Positions 36,065-41,437 of a DNA stretch of 41,437 bases are shown here, piece after piece. The stretch comes from Octopus bimaculoides (lineage: Eukaryota). The position numbers were made by a program, and so were the translations under genes. Below the pieces are notes generated by a model. It saw only the letters and a list, made by a program, of their open reading frames with translations, made no database searches and was not told where the DNA came from. The DNA is taken from NCBI RefSeq assembly GCF_001194135.2, contig NC_068990.1:48642767-48684203 (forward strand). Direction: 5' to 3'. Numbering within the stretch: position 1 is the first letter of the stretch; the number at the start of each line of letters is the position of its first letter.

Positions 36065-36770
36065 CTCATTTAAGACATCATCAATCATCATCATCAATAT
36101 CTAACATCTGTTTTCCATGCAAGAATGGGTTGGCTGGCTTGACAAGAATCAGCAAGGCCAGGGGTAACACCAGGTTCCATAGTTTGTTTTGGCTTCATTT
36201 CTATAGCTGAATGACTTTCCTAACATCAACCACTCCACAGAGTGTACAACTTGCTTTTATGTGGCACATCACCAGTGCTTTTTATGCAACACTAGCATCC
36301 ACACCAGTACTTTTTAAATGGCACCTTGGTTTTAAGACCTCAATTTTGTTGTAGGCAAGTCTTCTTAAGTACAGCAATGCGCCATATATCTTGGTTCTCT
36401 GTCATCTCCTTTATAAGGCTCAGCATTTTGAGATCAGCCTTCTATACTTTGTCCACTTTTTTCCTGGGTCTCTCTCTTCCACATCTTCCCTCCACTTTAA
36501 GTTATCAGCACTTTTTTATGCAACTGATCTCATCCATCTGTACAGCATGATCAAACCAGCACAGTCTCCTCTCCTGCACACTTCAAATAATTCCTCTTAT
36601 GCCCAACTTCTCTCTCAATACACCAGTGCTCTGTCACACATGCACACTGACATCGCACATTCAGCAGAGCATACCAGCTTCATTCCTCTCCAGCCTTCGC
36701 ATGTCCTCCATATTCAGGGCCTACATCTCACTACAACATAGCAATGTAGTTCATACACATGCACCATCTC
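36065..36770 (-). mobile_element. 3' end of an RTE-clade LINE (ORF C-terminus, 3'UTR and (GAT)n tail)
   Basis: Minus strand reads EDMRRLERNEAGML..LREKLGIRG..VQERRLCWFDHAVQMD..KVEGRCGRERPRK..DIWRIAVLKKT with several stops, then the same tail found on the SINE arms. Confidence 0.9.
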
Positions 36771-37471
36771 ATAAAAACTTGAGTCAGTGTCACCCTCCCA
36801 TTTGACAAGATGTTAGATAAATTTAAGGCTCTAAATTCCCACTCAATTACATTTCTGGATATGTGGTTAAGAACTTCACTTCTCAACCAAGGCTTTGGGC
36901 TCAATCCAACTGCACAATATCTTGGGTAAATGGCTTCTAATATAACCCAAGGCTAATTAATATTTTGTGAGGGAATTTCATAGATGAAAACTGAAAGAAG
37001 CCTATCATATATATATTCATCATCGTTTTAATGTTTGCATAGGTTAAGTGTAACTTGTTGAGGTAAATTGTCAATGGTTGGATGCTTTTCTTGTTACCAA
37101 CCCTCGCGTTTCATAACCACACAGCTATGTCCAACAGCCAATTCTTCTTACTCAATCAACTGAATTCCCAAAGTACATAATTAGCAGTAAATATTGTAGC
37201 TGCATTTACACATGTATTAACATTACATTCACTTTACACCTGATTTCCATGCTGGCATTGGTTGGGTAGTTTTACAGGATCCAATGAGTCAGAGGACAAC
37301 ATTACAATATAATGTCTCAGCTTAACATGGTTTCTATAGTTGTATGCCCTTCCTAACACCAACCACTTTATAGAGCATGTTGGTCACTTTTTAGTGGAAC
37401 CAACACTTAGCCATGCTAGTATAGAAAAACAGCTGTAAAATAAATGAACAAATATGTGTATGATTGTTTAC

Positions 37472-37560
37472 AATCTGCATTGAGCTACAGCTACAAACAG
37501 TAATACTTTTGACATGTCCTGTCAATAAATCATCCATTAACTGTGCCCTTTCTAATTCCT
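37472..37560 (-). CDS. Candidate exon (ELERAQLMDDLLTGHVKSITVCSCSSMQI)
   Basis: Acceptor tttatgtgttttttatgtcag, donor ATT|gtaaac, phase 1 entry compatible with 38518-38749. The flanks resemble RTE-tail remnants, which weakens the call. Confidence 0.2.
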
Positions 37561-38517
37561 CTGACATAAAAAACACATAAAGAAGAGCATCCAGTCATAA
37601 AAATCTTGTTTCAAATATCTTCTTATCTAAGCCAGGCTGGCATTGAAAAGCAGATATTAAATGAATGAATGAAATTAATAACTGAAGCTGATGGATTAGC
37701 AGAAATGGTAGAGCATCAAACAACATGCCTTGTATTCTGAGATCAAATCCTTCTTCGATCAACTGTCCTTTTTATCCTTGGAGGATCAAGGTCAATAAAA
37801 TATATAAGTACCAATCAAATATTGCAGTTGATATAATCAGCCATGTGGCCTTGAGGCAATGTTATAAATGAAGATAAGTTTGTATTGGACAGAATAGTAA
37901 ATATGAAGATGTATAGAAGTGCTTGAAATAGATACTTTTATATTTGAATGGCTTTGTATTCATTATTAAATCATAAAATTAATGAGTGATACTCATTTCA
38001 TAATTCTTCCTGACTAACTCTCTCCACTGGCCACAGCAACTTCCACTCTCTGATCCCATTCATTCTCCTCATTCATAATTCCCTCCATATACTCCTTCCA
38101 AACTATTCCCCTGTCCTGCTCACTAAAATTCAACATTCCATTACTCTCCCTCAACATCTCTTTCATTATTTTCCATCTGGGTTCTCATCCAGCCCCAAGC
38201 TTCTCCTCAGGCCATTGGCCATCATAAGGCAAGTCATGCTTGCACAATCCAGGATGAGGGTTTGCACCTTCCTTTTTCAAGTACGCAAGTGCAGCCGACT
38301 CCAGCCTTTGGGCTGGCTGATGCCCATTCTCCTTTGCTATTATCATGAGGCTTTTTTGTAGCTGGATTTTCTACAGGGAGCATGCCGTTGCTTACCCCAC
38401 AACCTCAGCTTTTAGACATGAGTTGTCCTGAGACCAAAGCCTCTACTATGTGGTGGAAAAACTAGCTCAGGAAGGCATGGACACTACTCCCTGAGACTCC
38501 TTTCAGAGCTCCCCTAC

Positions 38518-38749
38518 CATCAAAGATATATTCTATTATTAAGTGCATCGTGTTATCCATGACTGACCAGTCTATTTTACAAGAGAGTCTATCTAAGACT
38601 ATGTTATCCAATGTATCCTGATTCTTTAAAGACAATAGGGTATAATTTAGAGAAGATTTGGCTGCAAGTTCTAGCAAGTCAGGCAACTTTGTAGAAACTC
38701 TCTCAATGGTCCAAGAAAAATAAGGAGAAATGGTGAGGACAATAAGAAG
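38518..38749 (-). CDS. Unidentified 77-codon open segment: candidate exon or decayed hAT transposase C-terminus
   Basis: LLIVLTISPYFSWTIERVSTKLPDLLELAAKSSLNYTLLSLKNQDTLDNIVLDRLSCKIDWSVMDNTMHLIIEYIFD, bounded by ttttag and G|gtaggg. Stop-to-stop frame 38462-38749. Confidence 0.25.
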
Positions 38750-38798
38750 CTAAAACTGCTTATATCTGTTGCTATATCTATAAAGTAGGATTTAATCT

Positions 38799-39048
38799 TT
38801 AACCTTTTTACTATGGAAATCCGACACATCCACTCAAAATTTCATTGCCTTTAACTGTGAGAAGCAGTTTCATATATCAATCTATCATTTGTTGGGGAAT
38901 GCCATGTTTGAAACCACTTTTTTGTTGAGATATATCAAGTTCACTGAAGCAACATAACTTGCAGAATATACTAATTCGATCTGCTAGTAGATATTTAGCC
39001 TCATTATTTGAATAACCATGAAATATAAGCTCACAGTTAAAGGGTCAG
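38799..39048. mobile_element. TTAA-type MITE of the 19200 family
   Basis: TTAAccttttt...cacagttaaaggg. Shares internal blocks with 19200-19421 (cca[t/c]tcaaaatttcatt, actgaagcaacat, tagatattta, gaataacc[g/a]tgaaat). Confidence 0.75.
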
Positions 39049-39489
39049 TCAATGAAGGGTGTGACTCCAGTCCTTGAATTAATTATCTAACCACTTTCTC
39101 AAACCTCCTCCTCCTCCCATCTAGTTTCAAATGACCGAAATGTTTGACCACTCATCTAACCATTTCTAGCAAAACTCAGATAAAATATCCAAATGATCAA
39201 AATGAATGAACTCACAAATATTGGGTCACAATTCAATCAGAAATGATTCCTTACATAGGCACAAGGCCAGAAATGTTATTGGGGAAGGAATAGTCAATAG
39301 AATCTTGATTAGTACTTTATTCTATCACTGCACTTTCCCACCCAAAAGAATGAAAGGCAAATATAACCTCATCAATACCAGAAATCAGATTGTGAAGGGC
39401 TGTAACTATATACTTTTAGAACACAAAGAGCTGCAACTAAATACCCAAATGATTCTACCATCCCACTGACCTATATATTAGTGCAGACA

Positions 39490-39840
39490 TGTCTTGACTG
39501 GTTAAGGAACTCACTTTACAATCAAATGGCTTTGGGTTCTGTTCCACTGCACATTAGCTTGGACAAGTGTCTTCCACTATAGTTCCAAGCCATCTAATGA
39601 CTTGTGAGTGAACTTGACAGAAACTGTGGAAGCTCTTCATGTGTGTGCGCATGCGCACATTTGCATGTGTGTCTGTGCTTGGCCTCCCTCCTCTACCACT
39701 TGACAAGCAGTTTTGGTCTACTTATATCCCTATAACTTAGCAACTTGATTAAAAAGATCAATTACCAGACTTAAAACAAAAAACAAGTACTGGGGTTGAT
39801 TTGTCCAACTAAAACTCTTCAAAGACTTAAACAAGTAAAA
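39490..39840 (+). mobile_element. Degenerate composite SINE (non-RTE arm)
   Basis: ggacaagtgtcttccact...tactggggttgatttg...aaacaagtaaaag. Confidence 0.6.
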
Positions 39841-40284
39841 GAAGATAATCACAAATAGTAATTAATGTTAAAAGAAAGCCCATTACTCAGTACGTCCCTA
39901 TCTATTAAACTGGTTACATGTTTGAGTTGCTTTAAAATAATCTAAACTAGAGAAAATTCAATAGCTCCAAAAATCTTCACAAATATAGGAATGTGCAGAA
40001 TCATACTGCTTATGTTAGCTTTCATGAAAAGTCAAGTTACAAAATGCAAGAAGAAAATGGGGAAAAAAAATTATCACTTGCTTATCTGCAGTTTTAGAAA
40101 TTTCTACAAAGCTAAAGTAAAAAATAAAAAAAAGTTAATGAATACACTTATATTTATTAGGATATAGATTACAGGTTATTTAGAAAACAATTAAGAGTTT
40201 TGTGCTGATTATCTACATCTGTGACCATGCTGGTTCAGAAAGAGTTAATAAGTGTTTGACCTGGTATTTAACTCTGTGTGTGAA

Positions 40285-40315
<31 letters not shown>

Positions 40316-41159
40316 AACAACTAGTAAAATGGCTGAGTTGGTAGTGGTTTGGAAGGATATGTTAACAGATTTATAAATGTCAAATCAAGAACTGACTAAT
40401 ATTAATAAAAATAAGAGAAAAAGTGTGGCAAAGTATTTGTGGGGAAAAGCAAAAGTCAAGTTTAACTCTAGATACCTTAAGTATGTCAGGCTAAACTAAG
40501 CTTCAAATAGAAGAATAAAAAGAATTGACATACCAAGAAATCTATGAAGCAAAACAAATTTTATTTACTTTTTCGTTTGCAAACCACTTCCACAGTGAGT
40601 CACTCCTAGAACATGCTTATATCATTGCACCTGTTCAGTTTTGAGTGTGTGGGTGTTTTGTTGAACTGGACAGAGATTTATTGAAGAAAAAAATATATCT
40701 ATTCATTCAAACAAGGAGACATAAATGCTGAAATGTCACTTAAGAGATTAAATGAATGTGTGTGTGTGTGTGTGTGTGTGTAATGTGATATGATGAATAT
40801 AAATGAACAAGTGGGTGGGCACCTGTGGTGATAGATGTTCAATTTTATAGTTAATTGGGAAAGCAATCTGTATTTAAAGGGATTAAAATGCATGTCACTC
40901 TTTATTATATAATAAAAAATAATTTTACATATAGCTAAATACAATTTGTACATGTCATTTTCTATACATTTCTATTCAATATTCAGCTAACTAAATGGCC
41001 TCACACTTTCTAAGTAAATTCCAGAATATATAGATAGTGAAAGTATCATTGCAGCTAACTGCCTTTGATATGTATGTTAAGAAAATCAACAAGGAGAGGG
41101 ACAGACAGACAAGCAGAGAGAGAGATTGCTATTTATATAAATTAGTCCATAAGACAATA

Positions 41160-41437
41160 CCTGTCTCCTTTCTTGACATTTCGGTCAGCATTCATCACTC
41201 CACTCTTACCACCTCCACCCACTACAAACACACAGACTCACACTCATACTTCAACTTCTCCTCCTCCCACCCTAAACACACCAAGCTTTCCATCCCCTAT
41301 TCCCAATTCCTCCATCTATGCAGGATCTGTAGTGATAACCATGACTTTGAGACTCAGTCTCAACTCATGGCTTGCCATTTCATCCTACGTGGATATTCCC
41401 TCACCACGATCCACACCGCCCTTGCCAGAGCACATTC
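41160..41437 (+). mobile_element. Penelope-like element reverse transcriptase C-terminal/thumb region, running off the window
   Basis: Stop-free 92 codons with no ATG, so absent from the ORF track: PVSFLDISVSIHHSTLTTSTHYKHTDSHSYFNFSSSHPKHTKLSIPYSQFLHLCRICSDNHDFETQSQLMACHFILRGYSLTTIHTALARAH. Contains the PLE motifs FLD, YK.TDS..Y, S.HP.H.K.SIPYSQF.R..RICS and RGY. Confidence 0.9.

Overview
An AT-rich, repeat-dense eukaryotic window with several N gaps, almost all at simple repeats. The repeat repertoire (tRNA-headed composite SINEs with an internal microsatellite, RTE-type (GAT)n tails, TTAA-flanked MITEs) matches what I recall from Octopus genomes; that species call is an inference. I cannot confidently identify any host gene, rRNA, tRNA or CRISPR. 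Most ORFs in the supplied track are microsatellite or repeat artefacts. The recognisable coding remnants are all from transposable elements: a Gypsy gag (31.9-32.5 kb), the C-terminus of a restriction-like-endonuclease (RLE) LINE (31.0-31.2 kb), two different RTE LINE 3' ends (33.6-34.0 and 36.1-36.8 kb), a Penelope-like RT with an open frame (41.2 kb to the end) plus older Penelope relics, mariner and Tc1-like transposase pieces inside two adjacent fold-back MITEs (22.9-24.5 kb), a piggyBac deletion derivative (13.9-15.0 kb), and two hAT elements with perfect 8-bp TSDs. The most unusual structures are in 21-24.5 kb: a telomere-repeat junction inside a MITE, a fold-back duplication inside a SINE, and a 77-bp templated insertion from one MITE into its neighbour. 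There is also a decayed hammerhead-like motif at 34.76 kb and weak candidate exons of a minus-strand gene. I found no well-supported novel biological system; most findings are interesting rearrangement or TE biology. All translations and alignments were done by eye, and degenerate repeat boundaries are approximate (about +/-20 bp).
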